Part shown: positions 62,471-64,000 of the stretch, piece by piece
How positions within the stretch are numbered: position 1 is the stretch's first letter
How the letters are laid out: each line of letters starts with the position of its first letter
NCBI RefSeq assembly: GCF_004010195.1
Contig: NC_057718.1
Coordinates: 90,506,376-90,570,375 of the forward strand
Direction: 5' to 3'
Source: Chiloscyllium plagiosum
Taxonomy: Eukaryota
DNA: 64,000 nt
Made by a program: the position numbers and the translations under genes
Notes under the pieces: generated by a model
Databases searched by the model: none
The model's input: the letters and a program-made list of their open reading frames with translations, nothing else
What the model was told of the DNA's origin: nothing

Positions 62471-63394
62471 AAAACTGAGGGCTGCACTGTCAGATCCCAG
62501 CTTGGTGTTGTTGCCTCATTTGCAGTCTAATGGGTGTCTCACTGTTTTTGAATGACAGAAACACATGGAATCTTTTGAAGGTGTGAGACTACAGAGCTGT
62601 GGTTTAGCTGGAAGCACGCATTCCAAAAAAAATCACTGCTTCCCCCTGGATAATTCCTTTGCTGACCCCTAAACTGCTTACTGCAGGCAAAAGTCATACA
62701 GTGTTCAAGTTCTCCTGACTGGAGACGAAAAGTAATTCCTAAGAGATGAAGTAGCTCTTAATCTGGTTGAATGTGAATATTAAAGCTTTCCATGGTCTGC
62801 ACAGTCTCTCCGTTACTCCCTTCCTGATGTTTCTTAATTCCTATTCCAATAGAAGCCAAACACTGCAAATGCTGGAAATCTGAATAAAACTCATATTTGA
62901 CTTGAAACGTTAACCCTTTCCATAACATTAACTCTCTCCATAAATGTTGCCAGACTTGCTGAGTTTCTCCAACACTTCCTGCATTTCTCTTAAAACCCAC
63001 CTCTTTGACCAACCTGCCCTAAAGTCTTTATTTTTGGTTTGGTCATTTTTTTTGTCAAATAATGCTCTTATGAAGCCTCTTGGGATGTTGAATTTGTTAA
63101 AGGCGTTTTTATAAATGCAAGACATTTGGTCTAATTCAGATTAGCGGTGAGCTTATTCTTCCTCCTAAGCCACGGTGTTGATGGTTTCCTAACTGACCTG
63201 CTCAGGTGAGGCATCACACACCTCTGGAGCAGTGGGTCTTGAAGCTAGACCTCCTTGTTCAGAGGTTATAGACACTACCACTGCACCATGAGGAGCCCTG
63301 AGGAGGTCAGGTGTCCGGTATCATCACGCATTGCCAGCACTCCTGTCTGATCATCCACAGCCCAGTACGTAGCAAGCACACAACTTCCTCTGAG

Positions 63395-63945
63395 CAAAAT
63401 AAAAACTGAAAAAGCTGCGGATACGGACCAACGTCTCTGTCCCGGGCTTGCTGCAGTGCTCCAGGGAAGCTCAGTGCAAAAACTGGAAGAACAACACCTC
63501 ATTTTCCACTTGGGAATCCTTCTGGACTCAATATCGAGTTCAACAGTTTTGGGCTTGAGGTTCCCATGTCCTTACCCCAACCCTCCCACACCAGGACATG
63601 TTATCACATAGTCTGCTATTACAGACAACCCATTGTCAGCCACCAACAATCCCCATTAACAGCTATCCACCCTCCTAGTCAGATTGCTATCCATTTCTTT
63701 GTCTATCCAACTGTCATTGTTTTTCCTTGGGCCCTATGTTCGCCTATCATTTACCCCTGATCTCCGTCTCTCTCTTTCTCTCTCTCCTGCATACCCACCC
63801 TCTTTCTTCTGCATAAAAACCAACAATTTCCTCACCACCACTGGTTCTGAGCGAGGGTCTCCAGACCTGAAACATTAACTCAGATTTCTCTCCACGAGAC
63901 GCTGCCAGAGCTGCTGAGATTTTCCAGCAGCTTCTGTTTTTGCCT
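63395..63945 (+). mobile_element. Penelope-like 3' fragment
   Basis: AAACTGGAAGAACAACACCTCATTTTCCACTTGGG (KLEEQHLIFHLG) followed by a terminal repeat with a decayed hammerhead. Confidence 0.6.
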
Positions 63946-64000
63946 CTGAGCAAGGTTGAGTCACACGCCGATGAGATGCAAGCTCTTGAATCACCCTCGT

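Noticed and set aside
62036..62555. Overlapping Cys/Val- and His/Thr-rich ORFs
   Set aside because: TG microsatellite artefacts.

Overview
Repeat-rich vertebrate genomic DNA, almost certainly from a shark (inferred from abundant HE1-type tRNA-derived SINEs, CR1 LINE 3' ends and Deu-domain SINE remnants). Only one host coding exon is supported: a 132-bp, phase 1-1, + strand exon at 31377-31508 (GYFVVSYASEVDDKRIGRRLMEHDDGNATNAKTTSHQYKNCTEP). It matches exon 2 of the K+-dependent Na+/Ca2+ exchangers NCKX3/NCKX4 (SLC24A3/SLC24A4), so the rest of the window is most likely intronic. The remainder is a nested mosaic of about 17 HE1 SINEs, many CR1/L2-clade and Rex1/Babar LINE fragments, Penelope-like element (PLE) fragments with GIY-YIG remnants, solo LTRs, a MITE, and mini- and microsatellites. 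The most notable signal is a set of minimal hammerhead-ribozyme motifs (CTGANGA - stem II - GAAA - palindromic ACGT/AGCT - H) with covarying stem II in several PLE terminal-repeat families. Some of these are arranged as ~200-bp ORF-less palindromic insertions with target-site duplications, one lying ~345 bp upstream of the exon. An ~85-bp direct repeat also brackets the exon. Nearly all ORFs in the supplied track are spurious or transposon-derived. Repeat family names are recognised from memory and repeat boundaries are approximate.
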